From contig JBBDRF010000063.1 in the NCBI GenBank assembly GCA_040905565.1, forward strand, positions 1-64,000: a stretch of DNA of 64,000 bases, written 5' to 3'. Positions 19,362 to 28,272 of the stretch are shown piece after piece; the stretch's first letter is position 1; every line of letters begins with the position of its first letter. The DNA comes from Phycisphaeraceae bacterium (GTDB lineage: Bacteria; Planctomycetota; Phycisphaerae; Phycisphaerales; Zrk34). Position numbers and translations under genes: made by a program. Under the pieces are notes generated by a model. That model saw only the letters and a list, made by a program, of their open reading frames with translations, did not search any database and had not been told where the DNA came from.

Positions 19362-19494
19362 CGCCGCTCACCTTCAGCAAATGCAAGAGAGGCTGCCATT
19401 GTAGGCCTTCATCGGGGAGTTTGCCCGGGGGTGGTGTGTGTGCACGGTTCGGACACTGGTGGACAAGGCACCAGTGGCACACGCAGACGGTCGC

Positions 19495-19950
19495 TTACGC
19501 TTCACGCTCGCCAAGACAATCGATGGCGCGGATGCGGGCTTCGTGACGGCCGCCTTCGAAGGGTTCGGTGAGGAAGATGTCGACGATGCGTTTGGCGGTG
19601 GGCAGATCGACGAGGCGCTGGCCGATGGCGATGCAGTTGGCGTCGTTGTGGGCGCGGCCGAGGCGGGCGGATTCGTCGTTGAAGCAGTAGGCGCAGCGGA
19701 CGTGGGGGACGCGGTTGGCGACGATGGCTTCGCCGTTGCCCGAGCCGCCTAGCACGATGCCGCGGTCGACGTCGCCGTTGGCGACCGCCTCGGCACAGGG
19801 GCGAATCCACTGCGGGTAATCGGTGCGGGCTTCGCTGTGGCAGCCGAAGTCGACGACGCTGTGGCCGAGCGATTCGAGGTGCGCCTTCAACGCTTGTTTA
19901 TGTGCGAACCCCGCGTGGTCGGAGGCGATGCCGATCTTCATGGCGGTCAT
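19495..19950 (-). CDS. rpiB: Ribose-5-phosphate isomerase B
   Basis: IASDHAGF, DYP, GGSGNGE, HNDAN, FEGGRH..R. Confidence 0.92.
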   Translation of the reverse strand: MTAMKIGIASDHAGFAHKQALKAHLESLGHSVVDFGCHSEARTDYPQWIRPCAEAVANGDVDRGIVLGGSGNGEAIVANRVPHVRCAYCFNDESARLGRAHNDANCIAIGQRLVDLPTAKRIVDIFLTEPFEGGRHEARIRAIDCLGEREA

Positions 19951-21032
19951 CCTTCGTCGCCGGGTGCGTAGAACTTCAGATCATGCACGTGCACAGCAGC
20001 GGTCTCGCCTTCCACCGGTGCGAACAGCTCTGTGCCTTCCGCCCGGTGCGACCACTTCACGATGGCGAACCCGATCGGCGCGGAGCTGAGCATCGGCGAG
20101 AACGTGGAACTGGTCACGGCACCCACCGCCTTCGCCCCCCCCTCAGCCGCCTCGCGCATCGGCGTCCCCGCCACGGGCAGGGCGACGCCGTCGCCGCGCC
20201 AGCCGACCAGCAGTTTGGCGGGATGGCCCAGGCTCTGCATGCGGGCGACGACCTCCTGTCCGCGATAGCAACCCTTCGTGAAACTGACGGCTTCATTCAG
20301 CAGTGTCTGTCCTGTTTCGTGCGGCAAAGAGTCCGTGCCGAAATCCACATGAAACAACGGCGTCCCGGCCTCGATGCGCGCCATGTTGTAGCCCAGCCAG
20401 CCGGTGTGCTTCAGGGCGAATGTTTCCGCGAGATCGTCATGCTTCTCCGCGAGGCGTGCGAACGCTTGAGCCGGTGCCCAGAGATGCAGCCCGGGCTCGC
20501 CGGTTTCGTCCATGCGGTAGTCGAAGGCGTCGGGCATCTCCATCACACCGTCGCGCCACCACTGCAGCACGGCGTCGGCTTTGGGGCCGTGCAGCGCGAT
20601 GCCGTGATGTGTTTGCGTCAGGTTTTCGATCTGCACGTCTTCGCCGAAGAGCAGTTTGTCCAGCTCTGCCGCGACGATGTCCGCTTCGTGGATGAACGTC
20701 TCCAGCAGCGTGTGCTCGCCCTGTTCGATGACGACGAGGTCCGCCATGATGCGGCCCTTCACGTTCAGCAGGAACATCCGCCTGACGTCGCCGCGTTCAA
20801 GCGAGAGGCAATCGTTGGTGAACATGCGATGCAGGAAGTCCAGCCGATCCTTCCCCGCCACGCGCAGCAGCGCCCGGTGCGGACAATCCAGCAGCGCCAC
20901 ACCTTTGCGGATCGCGGCATATTCGATTTCCGTCGAGGCCACCTCGCCGATAATTGCCACGGCTTCGCCGAACGGCATCGTGACCGCTTCAAGGGTTTCG
21001 TAATGTTCCGCCAGGGGGCTTGGGTAACTCAT
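19947..21032 (-). CDS. ygfZ: Folate-binding YgfZ/GcvT-family protein
   Basis: KGCYRGQE signature; G.DR.DFL. Confidence 0.85.
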   Translation of the reverse strand: MSYPSPLAEHYETLEAVTMPFGEAVAIIGEVASTEIEYAAIRKGVALLDCPHRALLRVAGKDRLDFLHRMFTNDCLSLERGDVRRMFLLNVKGRIMADLVVIEQGEHTLLETFIHEADIVAAELDKLLFGEDVQIENLTQTHHGIALHGPKADAVLQWWRDGVMEMPDAFDYRMDETGEPGLHLWAPAQAFARLAEKHDDLAETFALKHTGWLGYNMARIEAGTPLFHVDFGTDSLPHETGQTLLNEAVSFTKGCYRGQEVVARMQSLGHPAKLLVGWRGDGVALPVAGTPMREAAEGGAKAVGAVTSSTFSPMLSSAPIGFAIVKWSHRAEGTELFAPVEGETAAVHVHDLKFYAPGDEG

Positions 21033-21161
21033 CTCAATCGTCTTCTCAAAACAGCGGTTCGTGGTTCGTGACGCAGCAGCCTCTGCACATGATGCTGCGT
21101 TTGCTTTATCATGCTCGGGTTATACGGCAAGTATCCAAATCCCCACGTCGGAGGCGAGCGC

Positions 21162-22835
21162 ATGGCCCGGTACCAGATTCCCAAGCTTAACAAGGTTCGT
21201 CGCGCGAAGAAGCATCAGGTGCTGCTGATCGCCAACGGCGACCTTCGTGAATCGGCGAACCAGGTGTGCTGGCCCGCTCAGCAGGCGATGGAAACAGCGC
21301 TCGGCGAAGCGGTCAAATCCTGCGGCTATCAGCTTACGCGCGCCCACAACTACTCGCCCAAACGCGGGCACGGTTTCATCGGTTCGCAGCAGGAGGGGAT
21401 GGACGTTTTTCAGGGAATCGACCCGGAGGCTCCGCTGATTGTGGCGGAGGCGGTGTGGCAGTATTCGCATCATGTGCTGCACGGGCTGATTAATCATCGC
21501 GGGCCGATTTTGACCGTCGCGAACTGGTCGGGGCAGTGGCCGGGGCTGGTGGGGATGCTGAATCTCAACGGCTCGCTGACCAAGGCGGGGACGAAATATT
21601 CGACGCTCTGGAGCGAAGATTTCGCCGACGCAGGTTTCCGCAAGAAGCTTGAAAAGTGGCTGACGACCGGGCGCGTGACGCATCGGACGACGCACGTTTC
21701 GCCGCTGAAGAACATCAAGGTCGCGGCGGCGGAGCGGAAGCTTGGCGAAGCGCTCGCGCAACAGCTGCAGCATGAGAAGGCGATCATGGGCGTCTTCGAT
21801 GAAGGCTGCATGGGCATGTTCAACGCGATCATCCCCGACCATCTGCTGCACCCCACCGGCGTGTTCAAGGAACGGCTTTCGCAATCGGCGCTCTACTACG
21901 CCACGACGCAGGTTACTGATAAAGAGGCCCGGGCCGTTTATGCCGATCTCAAGAAGCGCGGGATGAGCTTCCACTTCGGCAAGGATGAAGCAGCTGACCT
22001 GACCGAAGCGCAGGTGCTGACGCAGTGCAAGATGTATATCGCGGCGCTGCGCATCGCGGACGAATTCGGCTGCGACACGATCGGCCTCCAGTATCAGCAG
22101 GGGCTCAAGGATCTGCTGCCGGCGAGCGATCTGGTCGAGGGGATGCTGAATGAAACGGATCGGCCGGCGGTTAAGAGTGCGGACGGAAAGCGGACGCTTT
22201 ACGCCCGCAAGGCCCTGCCGCACTTCAATGAGGTGGACGAATGTGCGGGGCTCGACGCCCTGATGACGCACCGCGTGCACACGGCTATGGGGCAGGCGCC
22301 GGAGACGACTTTGCACGACATCCGCTGGGGCGACTGGGATTGCACCGGCACCGTGAAGGACTACGTGTGGGTGTTCCTGATCTCCGGCTCGGCTCCGCCT
22401 TCGCACTTTATCAACGGCTGGAAGGGGGCGCATGGTTATCGTCAGCCGCCGATGTATTTCCGGTTGGGCGGGTCGACGCTGGCGGGCGTTTCGAAGCCGG
22501 GCGAGATTGTGTGGTCGCGCATTTATGTAGCGAATGATCGGTTGAATATGGATATGGGTCGGGCGGGCGTGGTGGAGCTTCCTGCGGACGAGACGCAGCG
22601 GCGGCTTGAGGCCACGACGCCGCAATGGCCTATCATGCACGCGGTCACCTACGGCGTGTCGCGCGATCAGATGATGGCGAGGCACAAGTCGAACCACATC
22701 CAGGTTGCGTACGCCGATTCCGCTGCGAACGCCGACAAAGCCCTTTACGCCAAGGCCGCGTTCGCCGAATCGCTGGGCATCACCGTCAACATCTGCGGCA
22801 CGCGGAAGAACGATCGTCCCTGGCCGGCCGCGTAA
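21162..22835 (+). CDS. L-fucose isomerase-like family protein
   Basis: [32 protein letters not shown] ggagg; substrate unknown. Confidence 0.6.
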   Translation: MARYQIPKLNKVRRAKKHQVLLIANGDLRESANQVCWPAQQAMETALGEAVKSCGYQLTRAHNYSPKRGHGFIGSQQEGMDVFQGIDPEAPLIVAEAVWQYSHHVLHGLINHRGPILTVANWSGQWPGLVGMLNLNGSLTKAGTKYSTLWSEDFADAGFRKKLEKWLTTGRVTHRTTHVSPLKNIKVAAAERKLGEALAQQLQHEKAIMGVFDEGCMGMFNAIIPDHLLHPTGVFKERLSQSALYYATTQVTDKEARAVYADLKKRGMSFHFGKDEAADLTEAQVLTQCKMYIAALRIADEFGCDTIGLQYQQGLKDLLPASDLVEGMLNETDRPAVKSADGKRTLYARKALPHFNEVDECAGLDALMTHRVHTAMGQAPETTLHDIRWGDWDCTGTVKDYVWVFLISGSAPPSHFINGWKGAHGYRQPPMYFRLGGSTLAGVSKPGEIVWSRIYVANDRLNMDMGRAGVVELPADETQRRLEATTPQWPIMHAVTYGVSRDQMMARHKSNHIQVAYADSAANADKALYAKAAFAESLGITVNICGTRKNDRPWPAA

Positions 22836-22838
22836 ACG

Positions 22839-24002
22839 TCAAGGCGTCCCATCATCAAGCGGCACGAACTCGGCGATCTCCAGCCCGAAGCCCTCGAGGC
22901 CGCCGTAGGGTTGGGGATGGTTCGTCAGCAGCCGAAGCTGATGCAGGCCGAGGTCGCGGAGGATCTGCGAGCCGATGCCGATGTTCGTGGCATGGTCCGG
23001 GCGATGCGGGTTGTTGTCGTCGGCTTCGCTTTCATCGCTCAGGTTGCCGACGGCGGGCGTCTGGCGCTCGTGGAGTTGCTTGAGCAGTCCCTCGCCCATG
23101 GAATCCTGACGCAGGTAGATGATGGCGCCTTCGCCGGCTTCCTGCACGCGTTTCATCGACTGCCTGAGGGTGCGGCCGGAGGGGTGGGCGCGGTCGTTGA
23201 ACACGTCGCCAAGGAGGTTCTGGGCGTGCACGCGGACGAGCGTCGGTTCGTGCAGTTCCTGCTGACCGACCCGTCCCAGGCACAGCGCGATGTGTGGCAA
23301 CGGATCGACCTTGCTGCGATACGCAACGAGGTTGAACTGCCCGAACTCACTATCGAAAGGCACCTGCTCCAGCCGTTCGACCAGCTTCTCACGCCCGAGT
23401 CGGGCCGCGACGATGTCGGCCACCTTGCACATCTTCAGGTTGTGCTTCTGGCAGAGGGTGGTGAGGTCGTCGAGGCGGGCCATGGTGCCGTCGTCGTTCA
23501 TGATCTCGATGATGGCAGCGGCGGGGCGGAGGCCGGCCATGCGGGCGAGATCGACCGAGCCTTCGGTCTGACCGGTGCGGACAAGAACGCCGCCTTCGCG
23601 GGCGCGGAGCGGGTTGATGTGGCCGGGCCGGGAGAAATCAGGCGGGGTAGTGGCGGGATCGGCGAGCATACGGATGGTGGTGGAGCGGTCGGTTGCGGAG
23701 ACGCCGGTGGTGACGCCGAAGCGGGCGTGGGCGTCGACGGTGACGGTGAAAGCCGTCGCCAGCTGCGCGGTATTGACCGGTGATTGAGGCGTGAGTTCAA
23801 GGCGGTCGCAGTCGGCGCCATCCATGGCGACGCAGAGAACGCCGCGCGCGTGCTTGGTCATGAAGTTGACGATTTCGGGCGTCACGTGCTCGGCAGCGCA
23901 GACGAGGTCGCCCTCATTTTCACGCTTTTCGTCGTCGACCAGCACGATCATCCGACCGGCTCGCAGCTCCTGCACAATCTCGTCAAGGGGGGCGAAGGGC
24001 AC
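22839..24002 (-). CDS. ribB: DHBP synthase fused to a degenerate GTP cyclohydrolase II domain (RibBX-like)
   Basis: [35 protein letters not shown]; the C-terminal domain lacks the Zn cysteines; GTG start with ggag. Confidence 0.88.
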   Translation of the reverse strand: MPFAPLDEIVQELRAGRMIVLVDDEKRENEGDLVCAAEHVTPEIVNFMTKHARGVLCVAMDGADCDRLELTPQSPVNTAQLATAFTVTVDAHARFGVTTGVSATDRSTTIRMLADPATTPPDFSRPGHINPLRAREGGVLVRTGQTEGSVDLARMAGLRPAAAIIEIMNDDGTMARLDDLTTLCQKHNLKMCKVADIVAARLGREKLVERLEQVPFDSEFGQFNLVAYRSKVDPLPHIALCLGRVGQQELHEPTLVRVHAQNLLGDVFNDRAHPSGRTLRQSMKRVQEAGEGAIIYLRQDSMGEGLLKQLHERQTPAVGNLSDESEADDNNPHRPDHATNIGIGSQILRDLGLHQLRLLTNHPQPYGGLEGFGLEIAEFVPLDDGTP

Positions 24003-24097
24003 GTTGGCTCCGATGTGAAAAAACCTGAAAACTCGCAAACCGACCACGCATTGTAAGGCATGCCCGGCGAGGGTGTGCGCCTCACGCTGAACCCACA

Positions 24098-24150
24098 ATA
24101 GCCGCGACGCTACGCGTCGCCGGACCGGCGGGCTGTAAGCCCGCGGCTAG
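24098..24150. repeat. REP-like family B composite hairpin (core 24104-24123 repeated at 63955-63974)
   Basis: gcgacgctacgcgtcgccgg shared exactly; flanked by tagccgcg/cgcggcta inverted ends. Confidence 0.7.
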
Positions 24151-24171
24151 GTGTGGTATGCGATGGGCATG

Positions 24172-24203
24172 AAAAAACGCGGGCCGCCGAAGCGACCCAC
24201 GTT
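24172..24203 (-). terminator. Rho-independent terminator of ilvC
   Basis: Minus strand aacgtgggtcgc-ttcg-gcggcccgcgtt plus T-run. Confidence 0.78.
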
Positions 24204-24233
24204 CGATTTGCGTCACGAGTTGACGAACGAAGG

Positions 24234-25247
24234 TCAGTCCTTCGGCGGGGTCTTGGCGTTGAGCCAGGGCATCATGGCGCGGAGCTTGCGGCCGGTGACT
24301 TCGACGCCGTGCTCGTTATCTTTTTCGTACTGGGCTTTGAACTTCTTCATGCCGCCGTTGTACTCATCGACCCAACCCTTGGCGAAGGTGCCGTCCTGAA
24401 TGTTTTTCAGGGCTTTACGCATGTTGTCTTTGACATGCTCGTCGATGATCTGCGGGCCGACGTGCAGGTCGCCCCACTCGGCGGTGTTCGAGATGGAGTA
24501 GCGCATGTAGTCCAGGCCGCCGACGTAGATGAGGTCGACGATGAGCTTGAGCTCGTGGCAAACTTCGAAGTAGGCCATCTCGGGCGGATAGCCCGCTTCG
24601 ACGAGGACTTCGTAGCCGGCTTTGATCATGGACGACAGGCCGCCGCAGAGGACGGTTTGCTCGCCGAAGAGGTCGGTTTCGCATTCGTCTTTGAAGCTGG
24701 TGACGATAACGCCGCTGCGCGCCCCGCCGATGGCGATGGACCACGCCAGGGCGATATCCTGCGCGTTGCCGGTGGCATCCTGATGGACGGCGATGAGGCA
24801 CGGGACGCCGCCGCCGCGCTCGTATTCGTTACGGACCAGATGGCCTGGGCCCTTGGGGGCGACCATGATCACGTTCACGTCCTCGGGGGGCGTGATGGTT
24901 TTGAAGTGGATGTTGAATCCGTGGGTGAAGCAGAGGGTCTGGCCGGCTTTGAGATGCGGCGCGATCGACTTTTCGTAGACGCTGGGCTGCACTTCGTCGG
25001 GCAGGGTGATGAGGATCATGTCCGCCTGTTTGACGGCGTCCTCGACGCTCATCGGCTCGAAGCCGTGCTCGATGGCGAGGCGACCGTTGGCCGACTCACG
25101 CCGATTGGCGACGATGACGTTGAGGCCGGATTCGCGGGCGTTGAGCCCATGGGCGTGGCCCTGCGAACCGAAGCCGATGACCGCGATCGTCTTGTCCTGA
25201 AGCGGCCCGAGCGAGCCGTCCTTCTCATAAAGCATCTCAATGCCCAT
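24234..25247 (-). CDS. ilvC: Ketol-acid reductoisomerase (short class I)
   Basis: IGFGSQGHAH, LPDE, HGFNIH, VAPKGPGH, ETDLFGEQ.VLCGG, SISNTAE. Confidence 0.97.
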   Translation of the reverse strand: MGIEMLYEKDGSLGPLQDKTIAVIGFGSQGHAHGLNARESGLNVIVANRRESANGRLAIEHGFEPMSVEDAVKQADMILITLPDEVQPSVYEKSIAPHLKAGQTLCFTHGFNIHFKTITPPEDVNVIMVAPKGPGHLVRNEYERGGGVPCLIAVHQDATGNAQDIALAWSIAIGGARSGVIVTSFKDECETDLFGEQTVLCGGLSSMIKAGYEVLVEAGYPPEMAYFEVCHELKLIVDLIYVGGLDYMRYSISNTAEWGDLHVGPQIIDEHVKDNMRKALKNIQDGTFAKGWVDEYNGGMKKFKAQYEKDNEHGVEVTGRKLRAMMPWLNAKTPPKD

Positions 25248-25304
25248 GCGGGGCCTCCTGAGCCGTTAAAAAAAGCCGTCATTGCGTGATAAAACGAGCC
25301 CACG

Positions 25305-25333
25305 AAGGTATCGACAGCGGCGGGAGGCGTCAA
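25305..25333 (-). promoter_or_regulatory. Putative sigma70 promoter of ilvC
   Basis: Minus strand TTGACG-17 nt-TACCTT. Confidence 0.5.
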
Positions 25334-25360
25334 ATTGGCGCAGGTTGGGGGACCCACGGC

Positions 25361-25387
25361 GACCCACGGCGGTACGTCGTGGGCTAC
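25361..25387 (-). repeat. GTAG-type REP-like hairpin
   Basis: Minus strand GTAG-cccacgacg-tac-cgccgtggg; 10-bp duplication gacccacggc adjacent. Confidence 0.5.
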
Positions 25388-25396
25388 GGTGGGACG

Positions 25397-26737
25397 TCAC
25401 TCCTCCAGCACCTTCTTCTTGCGGAGGAGGTGGTGGTAGCCTTGGGCGAAGCGGTGGGCTTCGTCGCGGAGGGCCTGGCAGAGTTTGAGGCCGAGATTGT
25501 CGCGCCCCAGGCGGATCGGCTCGTCGCGACCACGCTGATAAATCAGCTCTTCCTTCTTGGCGAGGGCAAGGATCGTCGGCGGCTGATGCGGATAGTCGGC
25601 CAGGGCGTCGTGGGCGGCGGAGAGCTGTCCGGGGCCGCCGTCTATAAGGATGACGTCGGGATACAGCCCCTCGCCCTGCCCGGCTTCGCGGTAGGCCCGG
25701 CTGACGACTTCGCGCATGGAACCATAATCATCATTCGTCGCCGTCCGCACCCGGTACCGCCGATACGCCGATTTCATCGGTCGCCCGTCCACAAACGCCA
25801 CCTTCGAGCCCACCGTCTGCTGCCCCTGCAGATGCGCGATGTCGAAGCACTCGATCAGCCGGGGGGCTTCGGGCAACTTCAGCGCCCGTTGCAGCGACGC
25901 GAGCGCTTTCTGCGGATCGACATAGAAACTCATCAGCTCGATCTCAGGCTGCCAGCCGTCGCGGTGTTTGCCACGCTCTTCGAGTTTCTCGATGGCTTTG
26001 ATCTGATCCCGCAACGTCGCGGCCTGCTCGAAGGCGAGGTTCTTCGATGCTTCGGCCATCTCCTGCCGCATCTGCCGGAGCATGACCGAGCGTTTGGATT
26101 CAAGGAACCGGATAAAGCGGTTGATGTCATCGCGGTACGCTTGCTTGCTGATTTTCATGCCGCACGGCGCGGTGCACTGCCCGATGGGGTGCAGCAGACA
26201 GGGGCGGAAGTGGCGGCGTTTGGCGTCGGCTTCCTGAATGTCCAGTTCGCAGGTGCGGAATTTGAAGACGCGCTGGAGGAGTTTGATGGATTCGCGGAGG
26301 GCGTAGCCGCTGATGAAGGGGCCGAAGATTTTGGCACCGCGGAACTGGGGATCGCCCGGGGCGCGGGTGATGTAAACGCCCGGGAAGTCTTCGCGGGTGG
26401 TGATGGCGAGATAGGGGAAGGACTTGTCGTCCGTCAGGCGAATGTTGTAGCGGGGGCGGAGGTCCTTGATCAGACGATTTTCCGCCAGCAGCGCTTCCCA
26501 TTCGGTCTCGCATTCGAGGGTGTCGAAATCGTTGACCTGCGCGAGCATCGTCATGTTCTTCGGGCCAAGGTCCGCTGAGGCCTGGAAATACGTTCTCACA
26601 CGGTTGGGCAGGACGCGGGCCTTGCCGACGTAGATGACGCGTTCGCGATCGTCTTTCATCAGATAAACGCCCGGCACCTTGGGCAGGGCGCGGGCCTTGG
26701 CCGCCAGGCGAACCAGTCTCTCCTCACGTTCAACCAT
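25397..26737 (-). CDS. uvrC: Excinuclease ABC subunit C, short form
   Basis: GIY-YIG (PGVYLM, IYVGKA), PRYN, Cys cluster, UVR domain, IECFDIAH, LIDGG.GQL, LRDEAHRFA. Confidence 0.92.
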   Translation of the reverse strand: MVEREERLVRLAAKARALPKVPGVYLMKDDRERVIYVGKARVLPNRVRTYFQASADLGPKNMTMLAQVNDFDTLECETEWEALLAENRLIKDLRPRYNIRLTDDKSFPYLAITTREDFPGVYITRAPGDPQFRGAKIFGPFISGYALRESIKLLQRVFKFRTCELDIQEADAKRRHFRPCLLHPIGQCTAPCGMKISKQAYRDDINRFIRFLESKRSVMLRQMRQEMAEASKNLAFEQAATLRDQIKAIEKLEERGKHRDGWQPEIELMSFYVDPQKALASLQRALKLPEAPRLIECFDIAHLQGQQTVGSKVAFVDGRPMKSAYRRYRVRTATNDDYGSMREVVSRAYREAGQGEGLYPDVILIDGGPGQLSAAHDALADYPHQPPTILALAKKEELIYQRGRDEPIRLGRDNLGLKLCQALRDEAHRFAQGYHHLLRKKKVLEE

Positions 26738-26839
26738 GATGGGGAAGTATAGGGCCTGCGGCAGGGAGAGGGCGGCAGGTCGGCATGGGGGAAATTTGGG
26801 CGGCCGCTTGCATGGCCGATGAAATTTTGAACAAAACGC

Positions 26840-26869
26840 TTGTTATGCGACGTCCGCCTTAGTTATAAT
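26840..26869 (+). promoter_or_regulatory. Putative sigma70 promoter
   Basis: TTGTTA (26840-45), 18 nt, perfect TATAAT (26864-69). Confidence 0.5.
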
Positions 26870-26875
26870 CCAGTC

Positions 26876-27028
26876 GCAGGGGAATCCAAACCATCGCATC
26901 CGCTTGTGATCGCCCGAGGGTTCGGTCGATCAGTCTAATCGTTTCTGCTGCTTCGCTTACGAAGGAGCCGATCGGTAAAGCTCCGGTCGGCATGCGGGTA
27001 GCGGCTGACGCACGGTGGGCCATTCTGC
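26876..27028 (+). ncRNA. Candidate structured RNA (sRNA or 5' leader), family unknown
   Basis: Three hairpins enclosed by basal pairings, directly after TATAAT; read by eye only. Confidence 0.3.
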
Positions 27029-27271
27029 CTCCTCCGGGGGGGGCGGGGCGGACGCGTGAGAGGCAGAGAAAAAAAGACGACGCTCTGCCGGGGGGCGTTG
27101 AAGCAGCATGTGGGGCGGGCATATCGTTTGCTAAAGATCAAGATGGAGCCGTCCCTGACAAGCGGGCGTGATCGGCGTCCGGGCGTCGCACTTCACGGTC
27201 AGGGCGACTGCCATGGGTTCAAATCCGCCTGCCCGAACTTCCAGAACATCGCACTATTGAGGATCCTTTCG

Positions 27272-27706
27272 ATGGCCAAGAGTAAGACGACGACCAGGTC
27301 CACCAAGAGCACGGCCGGCACGGCGGAAGCTGCCCCGGCAAAGGTGAAAACCGCAGGGGCGAAGAAGACGGCGACCAAGGCCGCTGCACCCAAAGCGGCC
27401 GCTGCCGCCAAGCCCGCCGCCCGCAAGACCACCGCGAAGGCCTCGGCCCCAAGTGAGGCCGTTACGCCGACAGCGCCCAAGACGCGCAACGGCAACGGTG
27501 CCTCGACGCGGAAGTCGTCGGCCAAAGCCACCGCAGGTCACGGCAAAGGCAACGGTAACGGCGGGACGGCCCCGGCTCCGCTGAGTCATGAGCAGATCGC
27601 GTCGCGCGCTTACGAGTTGTGGCTGCGGAACGGCTGCGCTCCGGGCCGCGATCACCAGAACTGGCAGGAAGCGGAGGCCCAGCTGCGGGCCGAACGCAAC
27701 GCCTGA
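27272..27706 (+). CDS. Lys/Ala-rich histone H1-like protein with C-terminal DUF2934
   Basis: AKKTATKAAAPKAAAAAKPAARK; HEQIASRAYELW...G...NWQEAEAQL; SD gagga. Confidence 0.8.
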   Translation: MAKSKTTTRSTKSTAGTAEAAPAKVKTAGAKKTATKAAAPKAAAAAKPAARKTTAKASAPSEAVTPTAPKTRNGNGASTRKSSAKATAGHGKGNGNGGTAPAPLSHEQIASRAYELWLRNGCAPGRDHQNWQEAEAQLRAERNA

Positions 27707-27824
27707 CACAGATCAAGGGCGGAGGCGAGAAAGCAGCTGCCGTCTTGGCGGCTGCCCCTTCCCGGGAGCCACGCAGCGTGAACGGACCATGGTTGTCCCA
27801 CGCGGCGTTTATCCGCCGACGTCT

Positions 27825-28115
27825 TCATTTGATGCCCGTCGGGCCGCCGTTCTCCAGGTACTTTCGGCGGATGGCCGCTTCCAGATCAATGTCATTGATG
27901 TTCGCCAGCGTGCTGAGCCAGGCGATGCAGTCGGCGAATTCCTCCGCAAGGTTCTCGCGGTCGTCGCCATGCAGTGCGGTGGCCAGTTCGCCGACCTCTT
28001 CGATCAGCCACATGAACGTCGCTGGCGTGCCTCGGGCTTTGTCGTTTTCGTGGTAGCGATCGCGAATATGCTTCTGGAAACCGGCGAGGGTGACCGGGGG
28101 CGATGGTTCAGGCAT
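27825..28115 (-). CDS. MazG-like nucleotide pyrophosphohydrolase
   Basis: EEVGELA...EEFAD, IRRKY. Confidence 0.85.
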   Translation of the reverse strand: MPEPSPPVTLAGFQKHIRDRYHENDKARGTPATFMWLIEEVGELATALHGDDRENLAEEFADCIAWLSTLANINDIDLEAAIRRKYLENGGPTGIK

Positions 28116-28147
28116 TGGGGAAAGGTCCTTTGATGGGGGGTTTCTAT

Positions 28148-28203
28148 ATAGCCCCGGCCTTGGCCGGAGTTCCGGCTACTTCCCCGGCCAGGGCCGGGGC
28201 TAT
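28148..28203. repeat. Long inverted repeat (REPIN-like doublet)
   Basis: atagccccggccttggccgg ... ccggccagggccggggctat. Confidence 0.65.
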
Positions 28204-28272
28204 GTGGGCGGTCGCGCGCCCGCCGTTCGTCGCGGGGCCGACACGGGGGGCCCTCGGGTATACCATACACGC

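Noticed and set aside
24003..24233. FMN riboswitch upstream of ribB
   Set aside because: No RFN consensus motifs; the gap is explained by a REP-like element and the ilvC terminator
25248..25396. Ile/Leu/Val leader peptide upstream of ilvC
   Set aside because: No branched-chain-rich uORF or terminator between the promoter and the start codon
27160..27236. tRNA-like gggttcaaatcc with a possible gcgggcg/cgcctgc acceptor pairing
   Set aside because: The T-stem is only 2 bp, and there is no proper D arm or anticodon arm
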